From: Camelus ferus
Lineage: Eukaryota
Direction of reading: 5' to 3'
Length of the DNA: 64,000 bases
NCBI RefSeq assembly: GCF_009834535.1
Contig: NC_045696.1
Location: 84,322,001 to 84,386,000 of the forward strand
Shown here: in pieces, positions 39,097 to 52,839 of the stretch
Layout: every line of letters begins with the position of its first letter
Position numbering within the stretch: position 1 is the stretch's first letter
Notes under the pieces: generated by a model
The model's input: only the letters and a program-made list of their open reading frames with translations
The model's database searches: none
Told to the model about the DNA's origin: nothing
Made by a program: the position numbers and the translations under genes

Positions 39097-40639
39097 AAGT
39101 GAATGCACACTTAAAAGCTTTATGTTTTAAAATAAATACTGTTAAATTGCTTTCCAGAAAGATTAAATCTGCATGCATTCTTACTAAATGGACTTTCTTT
39201 CTTTTTTGTAAACCAAATTAAAGACTTGCCCAAACTTCTGAGTCCTGCCGACAAAGATAGCCCTTGGCTGCCTGACAGGTGCAGAGCACTTTTGAAGGTA
39301 CTTTCTGTCATTAAGTCCAGCAGCTGAAGTTTTAATGACTCACTCAAAATGTCGAACTCAAAAGCTAGTTATACTTTCGCCCAGTGGCTTTTAAAGCTTT
39401 GTGTTTTTCCATTTAGATCTGATACATATTTTTATCTCTATCATTTGGCTGGAAACTTGACACACTTTAAAATGGGATAATTTAGACAAGACCCTATCCA
39501 TTTAATCTCTCAATTTCTAAAACACAACTTCACTATTTTATGGCTTTCATTTTCTTTAAACTTTCCTCTTTTGAAGTAGTTACTACTATGCTATGCAAAC
39601 AAAGTTTTAATTGACCTTTAAAAAGAGATATGTTACCTTCGAATATGATAGGTAAAAGTACTGTTGATTTGCTTGTACACTAAGTATGTTTCAAGAATAT
39701 TGTAAATATTTTTGTGCATTATTATATTAGATACCCATGTGTCTGTGACAATAAAATAGAAAAAGAAAAGGAATCCTTTTTAGGGTTAATAAAACCTTAA
39801 TACGAACTCTACCCGCATTCACAGATGCATGTAAAAAAATACAGCCAAGTAAAAGGGGAAAGCATGGGGATGAATGTGAGAAATCATTTCTGTGGTGCTA
39901 AATATAGTACTACCAGGACCTTCCTCTTCAGATAACTAAGATGTCTGTAGAAAGGTTATTATGTTTTCTTTCCCTCCTGAGTCTTGGCTAATTCTCAAAT
40001 AATATGAGAGAAAAATCAATGTCAATCTTCTAGAAGAGATCCTTCAAATGGCCCTATTTTTTATCAAGCAATGAATCCTGGGAATAATTCCTTCAAAGTT
40101 GATTAATGAGATTTTTCTAAAATGGCCCATAAGTACCCTGGTATTTATGTGGTACTTACAGATCGGGCTCAAAACTTGTATCATAGACAGACGTTTATGT
40201 TGGTCCAGCTCCAGCAGTCCTAGAAATTGAGAAAAGACTAACTCTTGTAAAAATGACAACAGCAAGGAAGAGGAACGTCTAGATTATATGTGTGTTTGTG
40301 TGTGTATGCGCAAGTGTGCACACTTATATGTATCTCATAAAGCCAGCTCGGTCTGGACAAAGATGACTGAGGCAAATATTGGGATATCATTTGATTAGTA
40401 ATTCAGTGGAACTAATTAGGGTAATTGAACAAAGAATGACATGTTGAGAGATGGAGAGATGTACCTTGCCTTTGTAGACTGCTTTAGATAAATGAGGCTT
40501 AATGGTGATAGTTCAGTTAAGATTTATGTTAAAAATATCTTTATTTTAATTGTGGTAAAAGCAGTGTTATTAGAAATAATGATGCATATAAAACCATAAA
40601 ATATTTATAAGACTCAAGAAGTTTTTGTTTTTTTTTTTT

Positions 40640-40945
40640 TAAGAAATCAGATTTGTGTTTACCAGAGTTGAGGGTCGGGAGTGGAGGAATTGGATGGAGG
40701 TGTTCAAAAGGTAGAAAATTCCAGTTGTAAAATAAATATGTGTAATGTACAACACAATGATTGTCGTTAACACTGCTGTATGATATATTTGAAAGGTGCT
40801 AAGAGAGAAGATCCTAAAAGTTCTCATCACAAGGAAGAAAATATTTCTTTTCTTTTTTTGTATCTATGTAAGATGTTGGAATGTTAACTAAAGTTATTGT
40901 GGTAATCACTTTATGATATATGTAAGTCAAGTCATTATGCTGTAT
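40640..40945 (+). mobile_element. L1 3' end (L1MA9-like/laurasiatherian)
   Basis: gaattggatggaggtgttcaaaaggta...gttaacactgctgtatgatatatttgaaag...aagttctcatcacaagg...aagtcattatgctgta. Confidence 0.85.
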
Positions 40946-41226
40946 AAAAATTGTAAAAGTAAAAATATAGAGAAAGATAAATTTGAAAAGAAGATGGAAA
41001 ACAAACTTTACTTAGGATGATGGTTCAAGATCAAGAGTATGAAATTAATCATGATTAAATCTATTTCCCTACACGTATATTAAAAAATTAACCGTTTCAT
41101 AGCTATGGCTGAGATAAACTTGAAAATAGCAGCTCATATTAAACCAAAAACTATAGTGATATTACTTGACTCCCTTGTTTAACATGTGGTAGTCAAAGAA
41201 AACAGTAGCATAAAAAAAAAATTTGT

Positions 41227-42160
41227 GGAAGGGTCCAAGATGGCAGCAAAGGAAGACCCAGTACCCATCTCCTCCCATGGACACACTGAATCTACACCTA
41301 CACATAGAGCAGTTTTTCCTGAGGGCTGATGGAACAGCTTCTCAATATAGAAGGGCCACACAGAATTGGGTAGGAGAGATGGAGACAAGGTATCTACAGA
41401 AAACCCATCCCTGATGCAGTGACCTGCAATAGGAGGAGTATCACTGAGGTGCCCAAGCGCAGGCTTGCCTGCTCTGGGACATAGTGGAAAAAATAGCACT
41501 TTAACGTGCATCTACAGTATATGGAAAAGACATCTGGTTACTAACCTTATACCATGTGTCAAATTGGGTGGAGAGCTGTTGGGACTCTCCAAGGTCGGAG
41601 GCACCAGGCAAGTGTCATTGTTTGTGCACCCCTAGTGCTGACCCCATCCTGTGCCCACCCCAGCTCCAGCCATCCTGCCAAACTAGCCTAGGGGTAGCAC
41701 ACCTTGGCCTCCCTCCGGCTTCATCCGCTATAGCCCAGTCATCCCAACAACGTGACCCCAGTGAGGAACACCCTGAGACTTGCTTGCAGCCCACGCCCCC
41801 TCCAGCACTAGCTGTCCTGCCAAAGCCACTCAGTGCACACAGTCTACACAGGGATGCTCCCACATCAGGTCACTCCTTCAAGACTGAGAGAGGTAGCTGT
41901 TCCACCTAATTCATATAAACTAAATAGAAACTCAAACAAAATGAGGAGGCAAAGGAATATGTTCCAAACAAAAGAACAAAACAAAAACTCAGAAAAAAAT
42001 CCAAATGGAACAGAGACGCATAATTTACCTAGTAAAGAGTTCAAAGCAATGGCCATAAAGAGGTTCACCAGACTTGGGAGAAGAATGGATGAACTCAGGG
42101 AGTATTTCAACAGAGTTAGAAACTGTATGAAAGAGCCAATGAGAGCTGAAGAATGCAATA
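41227..42160 (+). mobile_element. L1 5' end: 5'UTR plus start of ORF1 (3'-truncated)
   Basis: Starts ggaagggtccAAGATGGC (YY1-type motif 41236-41244). ATG at 41941 gives MRRQRNMFQTKEQNKNSEKNPNGTETHNLPSKEFKAMAIKRFTRLGRRMDELREYFNR, a typical laurasiatherian L1 ORF1p N-terminus. Confidence 0.88.
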
Positions 42161-45100
42161 TCTACGTGACTGAGATGGTGGAGAAGAACGTATAGCAGCC
42201 ATAGTAACTTTAACAACAGTGGGGTGAGAAAACAGTGAAGAATGGTTTTACTGATTTCATACATACCACAAGTGTTGCAGTGAGCATGTATCATTTTTTA
42301 CTGATTACGTATTCTGTGGAATCCCAAAATGAATTAATCTAGAGAGCGTGAAGCTCCTGAACTTCAACGTTAAGTGAAGTCTTGGGTTTATGTGACGCCA
42401 GATGGTAGTAAACTCCTGTGACAGCTCTTGATTAGTTTGTATTGGATTCTTTGGAATGTAGAGATAGCCTGAAGCTTTCTGTAGGCCATTATAAACATCA
42501 GAATTGATGCATTTAAAGGGTACCATTGTGGCTTCAATTTTTAACAGTGTATATGGTGATTTTGTTCTCTAAGAAATTCCCAAATATTATTGTCAGAGCA
42601 GATGGTATGACTTTGCAATATAAGAATTACTACATTTACCAGGAAGAAAATTTGTTTTATTAAAGTTCAGTCTGATTAAGACTGATGCTGATTAAATATA
42701 TACTTTCAACAGAGCCACATGACTTAAATTTCTGTGTAAAATATTATTTGGAAAAGGATTAGTTTGGAATGTGTTTTGTTTCCAGGCTGTTAAGAATATC
42801 CATGATTCTTTTGAGGATTCTTTATATTATTTTATTCTAGATAGGAAGGATCTCAGTTCATAATTACTCAAAAGCAGATTGACTAACACCAATTTCTTAT
42901 AGCCAGCATCCATGTCAGTTTGAATGATAAACCTAAAAGCTAATAATGACTTTGCATTCAATGTATTGATCAACTTTATTCTTAACAGAGTTCTTTTCTC
43001 ATTAGGAAAATACTGCTGTGTTAGACAGGAGAAATAGATACTAGGAGGAAAAGGAGTTGTCAAATTGTCCTTTTGCATAGGGAAATATATTCTGATTTAA
43101 TCCACCCCAAGATTATTCAATTCCAAGCAAAATTCAAAGACAAATGTACAAAAGAGGAAAACCACTCACCTAAGAGCCACTGACTTTATATAACAACTAC
43201 TATCTGGAACTTTAATGGTAAATTTAGGGGATCTGGTACTGGGTATCCTTGTATGGTGGGTTAAAAATGGATGCCAATTATGTGTTACTGATTCTGTTGA
43301 CAGGTGGTCTAGACATCCCCTTAGAACACGGCAAAAGTGGTACTGTGTTAGTTTTAGGTAGACTTTATGAAGACTGGACATTTCTGCTTTCTTCATCTTA
43401 GAATGCCATGCTCGGGATATTCCTTAGACTTTGAACACTGCACCGAGAACTCAGAACACATGGGGAGCCTGTGTGAACAAGGAGTCTGGCTGATAGGACA
43501 GGTGGGCTGCTAGTTGATGCCCATGGGATGAGCAATGGTCCAGTCTAATTGAGCCTTCCCAGGGCAAGAGCCCAGCCCATGTTGCCTGGCACAGAAGACT
43601 CACTGAGTTGAGCACAGGAAACCCATAGAAAACCCATAGAAATGTAAAAGATGAAACAGTTATTGTTTTAAGCCATTAGAAAAGAAATCAAAGCAAATTA
43701 TAAATTAAAAGAAACTGACAAAAACACAACTGCCACAAAGCCAGTGAAGTGACATAATTATTAACATCTCTAAAATATATTTTTTACACTATCTGTCCTA
43801 TACCATGATTGCCTCTCCATCTGACAAGGTTTTTTTAAAAAAAAATATTGTATTCAATATTGAGAAGAGAAGGAAATTTACTATAGCTTGGTTAATCAAA
43901 ATGTGTTTATTATCATTTTCACATCTCCCTATTGGTAATCCCACTTTTGTTAACTTCTGTATTTGGTTGCTCTGGGGTTTCTCGTCCAGGCAAACCCTCA
44001 GGGAAATACAGGCCTTCACGCTTCCTTGGAATGACCTCTAATTCTCCAGCTGGTCCAGCTCAGCCAGGTCCTTATTACTGGTAACTAACTTGACACCATC
44101 ACCTCCCCATCTTGGGTTATTCTTTAGGGAAGAGGTTGCCATGGAACAAACAGCATCTAATTCACATTCTGTTCCTTGGAGTCAAAGATACAATTTGGTT
44201 ACTCAGAGAGATCTTCTGTGGCAGGTTGTTGCTGGATCTTACGGAAGGGCCACGTGGACTGGGCTTGGATGGCCAGTTTCACCAATCCAAAATCACCTTT
44301 TCTCTCTTGGGGAGACAAGATCACAAGATACTTTCCAAGTATTCCTGAGATGGAGGAAGATGTAGGAGTGATGGAGAGGGAAAAGCTACCCTACAGCAGC
44401 AAAGCCCATGCAGGGTCCTAATCTGTGAATTTTCTCTGTCCTCTGCAATGAATCACACCCACTGCCTGAATTAGTATGTGTTTTCTTGTCAGCAAAGGCA
44501 GCTTGTTTCTCTTTATTCTTCAGAGACTGGATGTGACAAACTCTGGTAATGCTTTCCCTAAACCCTTACTTCTAGGAGGGAGGCTTCTAGATCTCTGGAA
44601 TGGGTTTTCTATTTTAGTAACCTAGTTGAAATTAAAAAAGGTCAGCAGGGCTCTTTAAGGCTCCTGCCCTTCAGGGTTTGTCACATTGGAAGCCACTGCT
44701 TACAGGACAATGCTGGGAGCTGTCTAATGCTTCATGTTCCCTAGTCTGCTTTCAAACCGAGCAATGCCTGCGGGAAGAGAAGCACAGACCCTGAGTCCTG
44801 TAACTAACATAGAAACCCCCAGCAGACTGTTTGCACTGGGATGTTCTAAGGTTACTTCAAAGACTGTCCAGCTCACTGGCGTCCTCCTTTCAGCAGACAC
44901 CTACCCCAAATATTTTTGGTGTGAATTTCAGCAAATGGCCCTGCTTCAAAGAAGTGATAACAACTGACACATTGATAATCTCACAACTGCACAAAACCTC
45001 TAGCAATGAAACCATGTACCTTATTTTCAGTTTTTAAAATAAACTTTATATATTTTATCTCATTTCAGAATCCTGTTTAGAGATTGTTATTACCATCAAT

Positions 45101-45489
45101 TTATTGATGATGAAGCTGTGGTTTCACTTGGTCAAAGTTGTTTACATTGCAAATGATGTAACTATAATCAAAAGAAAGATTTTTATGGTTCCAAAGACAA
45201 TGATATTTTTCCTGTACTACCTGGAATTTACGCACATGATCTCCAGAACTTTGTACGCGAAATGGCAATATATATGAGCAAGAATATTTATTGTACCCTT
45301 GTTTGTGTTTAAAGAGTAGACTAAAACACTAAATGTGTATCAATAAAGTACAAATTAAAGTAGATATAGTGTTATCAAAATGTAAAATGCATCTATTTGG
45401 ACCTGAACAGATTATTTATGGAAAAAGGAAATTATAGATTACTGTGTAAAATAGAATATATCTATTAAATGTCTATTTATGTCTGCTAT

Positions 45490-45645
45490 AATGACGGACA
45501 CATGTGATTATACATTTGTCTAAACTCATAGCATGTACAAGAGTGAACTCTAACGTAAACCATGGACTGTGGAATGCATGAGAACTCTCTGTATCTTCTG
45601 CTCAATTTTTGTGTGAACCTAAAGCTTTTCTAAAATAAAAAGTCT
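45490..45645 (+). mobile_element. L1MC1-like 3' end (internally deleted) within an older L1ME remnant
   Basis: catgtgattatacatttgtctaaactcatag...caagagtgaactctaacgtaaaccatggact...gaactctctgtatcttctgctcaatttttgtgtgaacctaaagc...aaaataaaaagtc. Confidence 0.78.
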
Positions 45646-48600
45646 TTTTTTAAAAAGTGTTTTTTTAATATTTATATAGCATTTATACTTATGTATGTCT
45701 GTATAAAATGGACAATACTCTGGACAGATGTGCACCTCACTATTTATAGTTGTTATACTGGGGTGTAGAACTCAGGGGGATTTGGTAGGTATGTGTGTGT
45801 GGTTGGCATTCACTTATTAGTCTACTTCAAAATTGTGAAGCATGGTTGATTTTTATTTTTTAAAATGTATGATTTTTGAAACCTTTGAAGGGTATGACAC
45901 ACTCCTCCTGGGCTTGTTGACATCCTTCAGTTTGGAAGACGTGAATCTCCGTATGAACTGGGTGAGCATAAGGAAGAGTCTCTAGATGTCAATGTGGAGA
46001 AAGAAATTTTCACAAGTGGCTGCTTTGTGTTCAGATCACAAGAATCTGTTTTCTTCTCTAAAACCTGAGGCCTTTATAAGACTTTCGGTCTTCTGGAATA
46101 ATGTAATCTAAGCATATAGGGGTAGGGACTTTGCCCTGCCAAAGATTTTGGCGACTTAAACGGACTCACAACATGATACTTGCATGTCAGGTGATATCCT
46201 AGACCAAACATAAAATTCTAAAAGTCATTCTAGATCACTTCCAATCTCCCAAGTTGTAATTTTTCAAGTTTAATCCATTCTTCAACACATCTCTCAATCC
46301 AAAAATGTAACAATCACCTTCAGAAGATTTAGGAAGTAAAGTATAAAAATCACTTTTGTCCAGCAAATTCTTTTGTCCTTTAAAATTTCAGGGTTCCTCA
46401 ACAACCTCCTTTGTGGCTTTTTGCCAAAAATCAGTGGCCCTGAACTTATAGGACTGATCTCAAAAAGCACACACATTACCTTTCCCACCAATGCCTTATT
46501 TAAATTGGGCAGACTCGAACCTGGTCTGGGTTGAGAATCAGACTTGTTTATGCAGCTATTCTAACTCAAACATCTGGGCTGTAAATGAGCAAAGGAAAGC
46601 CATCCTGGAGATAAAAAAGTCAAAGTCATCAGCTCTTCAGAGTCAGTCCGCTGGAAGGAAGAGGAAATAGTTTGTAGTTTTAATATCTCTTATCATAAAT
46701 ATTAGATGTGTGTCTGACTCTCAGTATCATAATAATAAACATTTAAAATTACCTTGTGGATATTTTTTCTCGTGCTGATCACATTTATAACATTTACTCA
46801 TCCCCTGAGATGTAGTTCAGGTATTACGGTCCACCGGAGATGGTTAGTACCCCTCTTAAAGCCTTACAAATGATTTCCTTATGCATAATTCCCTTGTAGG
46901 ACTTTTACATTGTTCTGCACTATCTATCTACATGTCTTCCCCATTCATTGTGAAATATTTTAAAAATGCATATTTTATAATATTTACTTGTTTATTTCAG
47001 ATCTTACCAGATGGATTGGAAGCATTAGAAACTCAATACATGCTCTGATAAATGAATCTGTGACTGAATGAATAAACTAATAAATCTTCCCCAATACCCC
47101 CCTACTTTCTTGAGTCAAAAAATTCTTTGGTCTCTTCCCAAATATTTTTCCTCCAGACAATTGCTTTTATGGTAGTTCTGCAGATCCCACAGAGTTTAAC
47201 CACACTGTCTTTAATCTCAGTCATATTTTTTCTCTATTATTATTTTCATTATTATTTTTATAATTCAAAATTGTCTTCTTCTTTGTCTTTGAGGTAAAGT
47301 TTAGAAAGTATGTGATTCTGGAGATCCCTGAGATTCTCTAGTGCTGGATTTCTATTTTGAGACATTCTACTAGTCATTATAACAATGAAATATATTGTCA
47401 ATATTAATTGGTTTCTTTGGTAAGTTCCTGTTCTGTGATTCAATGCAGGAAATGGAAATCATAAATCAGTTGCAAATTTTCATAAATATTGATGAAGGAA
47501 ATACTGGACAGTTTTACGTTGAACTCCAGCGTTCATTTGTATCCCTTGCCACCTTGGATCGTAATATTCTTAAGTATGTATTTTCCACTATTAGTCTGCA
47601 GCAGACTTGGTATTTATTGGGCTCATTTCAATTTATTATTCAAATGCAAACTGGAGCTGCCGAATTTTGCATGACTTATAGCTAATGTTCCAAATAACGT
47701 CTGCTTTCATTTTACTAAGCTGCGGCACAAGGGGATTTAGTGTGACAATGGAACGTAAAGCTCCATCACTCATAGTAACAAGAGAGATGTTGTTTGATTC
47801 TGGCTGCTCTGAAAACGTTCAATGTCAGTCACCAATTACTGTTTTCCAACTTACCAGGATTATTCCAGCTCTGCTCTGATGCACACACCATTCTTCTGCA
47901 TTTAGCAGAATTGGCTCTGAGCACTCCAGATGGGCCACCGACATCCCAGGACCATTCTTCTGGGGGTGGAGTGGGAGATTTTTTGTGTAGTACAGTTCTC
48001 ATATGGAACCACCAATCTGTGATCTTGCTATTCCTTGTCAGAGATAGATTTCTCACTATTTCCGCTCCTTTGCCAGAAATGTACTTGTTACATTTGCCAT
48101 CTCACTCGGCACACAAGACTGCCTCCTATGAGTAAGAATGGTTTCGTATACAGTATAATGATAAAAGAGGGCAAGTTAAAAAACAAAACAAAGCAAAATT
48201 GAGCAGTCTGGGTCTAGCAGTAAACCTCCCCCACTTTAGTACCTTTTCCTTGCTGCAAAATAAACAATAAAAACCCCAAAAGCCAAATATGTTGAGAGAT
48301 GTCACTTTTTGCAGAACAGAAACGTACCATTCCAGCTAGAGATATTTCATCCTCACCTTCCAAGTGAAAATACATTTTAAAGTTGAAAAGGTAAAAATTT
48401 AAAAGGGGGAAAATATGGCACCCTAATTCCTGTAACAAAAAGAAAGCTCAAATCAGCAAAATATGACAAGCTGGAGAAAGTTCTGTGACTATGGCAACCT
48501 AGTCAGTGTGACTTTACTCTTCTGTCTGTATCAGCAGTATATTTGAAGGAGCCCCTTCTTTTTGATTCTTCAACTCCAAATTATCTGCTTCATTTTGTCG

Positions 48601-49099
48601 ATATTGTTGGCTGAGAAACCCTATTGCATATATTTCACTGTTAAAATAAAAAATTTATCAAGGTCAATAATTTATACTAAATCTGTGCTTCTCTTTGTAA
48701 TTGTTCCTCTGAAGCAAAGGAAAGCAGCAATATAGCTGTAGCCACATAATGGAAGTATTATGGGATTCAAGGCAAGGGGACTCAAGAGAGAATAAAGACC
48801 ACATAACTTTCAATGCTAGGGATCATCTCAGAAAGAGTTCTCCCAGACTTGCCTGTTAAAATGATTAGCCCTTGTTTATAATTGCTTTTCCCCTGAGTCT
48901 TTCCTTTCTCCCTTCCTCCCTTCCTTCCTTCCTTTCCTCCAAATATTTTTGAGCATCTGGTATATGACAGCCACTATGCAAGTTACTGATGAACAAAACA
49001 CATGGCCCCTGGCTTCATTTTACATAGTAGAGTTTCCCAATATAATTTGGCATAAATCCAACATTTAGGGAAAGACTACTGATTCATGGCAAAATTGCT

Positions 49100-49800
49100 G
49101 TGCTAACATATTTTAAATATATATGAACAGAGGACATGGATAGACTATGCCTCAAGTGGATAAAAACTTAAAGCAAACTTTTGACATAATATAATCAGTA
49201 ATACACAAGAGAAATGAAAATTAAAGCTAAATATCCCATTTCACACATATGAAGTTAAAAGGGCTATTATCAAATCTATGCTATATAAAAATGCTATAAA
49301 ATATATAATAATGTCATATATGCATAAAACATTTATATACAAGGATGAATATGAGAGATTATAAAATTATTCCAATTTCCATTGTGGGTAGGAAAATAAG
49401 TAAAAATCTTCTAATGAAAAATGGGCAATATTTATGAAGAAAAATTAAGGTCTCATCGATATATTTCCCTGCATTGAAATTTACCCCAAGGGGAAAAATT
49501 CAGAAGAAAAATTGGTTATGTGTATCAAGATGTTCAATAGATTTTTGTTTATAACACAAAATAGATTTAATGTAGCCCAAACATCTATTATTGATGAAAG
49601 ATTCAGTCAGTTATACCTAACTGGATGGAATAATGTACAGATGGAAGATGATGATTATGAATATGATGGAAGATGAAAATACTGATTTCTATGTGGGAAA
49701 AACAATGTGTTGAATTCAGTTACGGAATTATGGTATACATAAACAATACATGGAAAAATGAAAGGTGACATTCTGGATGGCAGGATTGTGGATGATTTTA
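49100..49800 (+). mobile_element. Old L1ME-type ORF2-end/3' remnant
   Basis: A-rich degraded L1 text (agagaaatgaaaattaaagc...cattgtgggtagg...aaaatgggcaata...caagatgttcaatag...ggatggaataatgtacag). Confidence 0.5.
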
Positions 49801-49919
49801 AAGAATGCTATAATTGAAGTTTTAATAGTATCTGTAATGGGAGCATTTTTTATGATCACAATCAGTATAGAGTATTCAGGGGTCAAACTAATGTGGCTTC
49901 TTTTCTTTGGTCCATTATC

Positions 49920-52500
49920 TTTTCTTAAAATGAAGTTTACATATGACAGAATCTACCCTTTTATTGTACAGTTCTGAAAGCTAAAATAATTATACAGGCA
50001 TGTAGCCACAACCACAATCAAGACAGGAAGCAAAATATAGAAAAAGTTCTGTTCCACCACCCAAATTCTACCACGTCTGTAATCAATCACTACTCCCATG
50101 CCCAGCTTTGAATTTTATTCCCCCATAGTTTTACTTCTGAAAGGATGTTATATAGGTGGAATTATACAATAAGGAGCTTTTTTGATTCTGGCTTATTTCA
50201 CTCGGCACAATGCATTTGTGATTTTAAAATGCTATCGTGTGTATCAGTAATCCTTTCCATCTTAATGATTGCTGATTGGTTTCCCATTGTATAAATGTAC
50301 CACCATTATGTAATCCACTCCCCAGAGGAAGGGCATTTATGTTGGATCCAGTTTGGAATGGTTACAAGTAAAATTGCTATATAAACATTTATGTATAGGT
50401 TTTCTTTTTCTTTTTCTTTTTTTGTACTTTAATTATTTTAATTGAGATATTATTAAGATATAATTTGTAAGGAATAATACAGAGGTCTTGAGTTTTCTCT
50501 AACAGTAACATTTAGCAAAACAGTAGTATAATACCACAACCAGTATATTGACAATGACTTGGGGTCCTATTCTAAACTTTTAATAGGTAGTTACCCTGCT
50601 ATGTTTAGCATGTAAGTCCTGGCCTATCGTGGGCAGTTTCTAAGACAGGGTAATTTGTAGAGATTTGCCATGTTGTTTTCATCTGCTTGGTTTACTTATT
50701 GCCACTGGGGTTCCCACCAGTTCCTGCTCATGCTTCTTCCGGAGGCAGAGGGCTTTCTTCAGGCTGGGTCACTGGATGTTTGGGTATGGGCAAGAGGGAT
50801 CTCAGGCGCATGGGGATTATGAAGCCTCCTGGACCTGGCTGCTTGATGTAACTTGTACCCTTGTGACTCTTCTGCCCACCCATTCGAAATGTATAGATTT
50901 TTGTGTGAAAATACATTGGGTAAATACCAAGGAAAAAGATTTCCAGGTCATATGGTAAGTGTACATTTAATTTTATAATAAACTACCAAAATATTTTCCA
51001 AAGTGATGTACCATTATTGCATTTCTATCAAAAAGATCTGAGATTTCCAGCGGTTTTGCAGCCTCAGCAGTGCTCTGTTTCGGTCTTAGGATAGCCATTA
51101 TAATATTAGGGTGGTGGTGTCTCAGTCTGGTTTCAATTTGCATTTTCCTACTACTAATGATAGTGAGCATCATTCACATCCTTGTATCTTCTTTGGTGAA
51201 ATTTCTATTCAAATCTTTCGCTCATTTCGCTTCTCATTATTGACTTTTAAGAGCAGTTAATATCTTCTGGATATAAGCCCTTTAACAGCTTTTATCAGTG
51301 GTTTGCAAATATTTTCTCTAGTTTTTGGCTTGTCATTTTATTGTTTAACCTAGTCTTTTAAAAAACAGATATTTTAAAGTTTGATGAAGTCCAATTTACC
51401 AGTCTGTTCTTTAATGGGTCATTTCTATGACCAATTTTTATTTAATTTTTATATAAGGTAAAATGCACAAATGAAGGTTCTTTACTGTTTTGCCTATGGA
51501 TATGCAATTTTTCCAGCACCATTTGTTGAAAAACTATTTTTTCTCCATTGAATTTCCTGCATGTTTTTTGATAACCAATTGAACATATATGTAAATCTTC
51601 TCTATTTCTGACTCTCCATTCAGTTCCACTGGTCCATAGGTTTATCATTTTTCCAATATAAAAGCATCCTGACTGCTACTAGATGTCTAGAAATCAGTTA
51701 TTGTAAAACTCAAACTTTGTTTTTTTTTTAAAAAAAAATTGTTTTGGCTAATTTAGTTCATTTGTTTTTTAAAATCATCTTGTGAATTTTTACAAAAAAA
51801 AATCATCTTGTCAATTTCTACCAGGAAAAAAAAAAAAAAGCCTGCTGAGACAACTAATGGTGTGGTCCAAGGACACAGCCCCAGGGACAGAGGATTACTT
51901 TTTCTGTTTCCTTTCCCCAGCTGCAGTGGTTCTTCAATAGTACTCTAGAAGCGACAGGCCTTTGCTGCCCTGATCCCAGATGTCTAGGTATTTTCCGTAG
52001 GAGTAACAGATAAGAGGAATCCAGGAGGGACTTTGTGCTTTTTCGACAGCACTGCTGTTTTCTTCTCTAACGCCCTTGCCATGAAGGAGGTTTTCTCAGG
52101 TCTCATTGTTCCTTCCCAGCCTTTCTTGTGAGCATCATTTGAAGTCTTTGAAGAATCTTTTGAGTCGATGCAAATTCACCTTGTGTCCATGGCCCCCAGA
52201 GATTCTGTATTCTCATTTCTGACCACACTTGAGTTAACAATTTTACCTGAATTCTTCTTACAGTCTTCTCTGGCAACAGGTAGATTGTCCCCTGGTTAGA
52301 AAAAGTGTTCGTTTACTTGTTTTTCTTGAAGGCAACTTTTATCCTTAGATTTTAAGTTAGCTGTTTGCTCTGAGACCTCAGCTTTCTGATAGGTTCAAGA
52401 AAGTTGTGGATTTACTGGTTATCTGGCATTGTTGCTTATTTTTTTATATAACGTTGGAAATAATGCTCTTTTCAGATTTCTGCATCTTAAGCAGAAGTCA
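49920..52500 (-). mobile_element. Old L1 (L1MB/L1MD-like) host: 3' end + ORF2 end (49920-51850) joined to a 5'-end piece (~51860-52500); interrupted at 50404-50888
   Basis: tctggcttatttcactcggcacaatgcattt; ggtcatatggtaagtgta; ttgcattttcctactactaatgatagtgagcat; ttttccagcaccatttgttgaaaa. Minus ORFs 50973..51173 (KMQIETRLRHH) and 51442..51648 (KIVFQQMVLEK) are ORF2-like. The right part resembles an old L1 5'UTR. Confidence 0.8.
50404..50888 (-). mobile_element. Mini-L1 insertion (old L1M 5'UTR piece fused to L1MC/MD-type 3' end) with poly(A) and 13-bp TSD
   Basis: Flanked by atgtataggtttt (50391-50403) and atgtatagatttt (50889-50901). T-rich tail at left. Host L1 text resumes after the right TSD. 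Confidence 0.72.
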
Positions 52501-52839
52501 CAAGTCTCTCTGGTTTGTTCTAGAATACGGCAGTGTTTGAGTAGAATTTCAACTTTCACCTGAATGTGATTTTTGGATTAACCTGTCTATCCAAACTGAT
52601 TTGAATTATGGATAAAATCATAGCCACAGACAATTTATCCATAGCTTACTAATGAAAAGAATGGGTCATATCTTTGGTTGCTTGATCATATTTGCATAAA
52701 CATAAGGTCAAAGTAAAACTAAACTATAGACAGTGTTAGAGGATGCTACTACTGACAATTACAGGGTAAGAAAGTACTATTTACTTAATCTCCTACCTGT
52801 TAACAATTTGCCTACAGTAGCTCTACTTGTTAAACAACT

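Noticed and set aside
41833..42195. 120-aa ORF
   Set aside because: Truncated L1 ORF1p N-terminus; reported as a mobile element.
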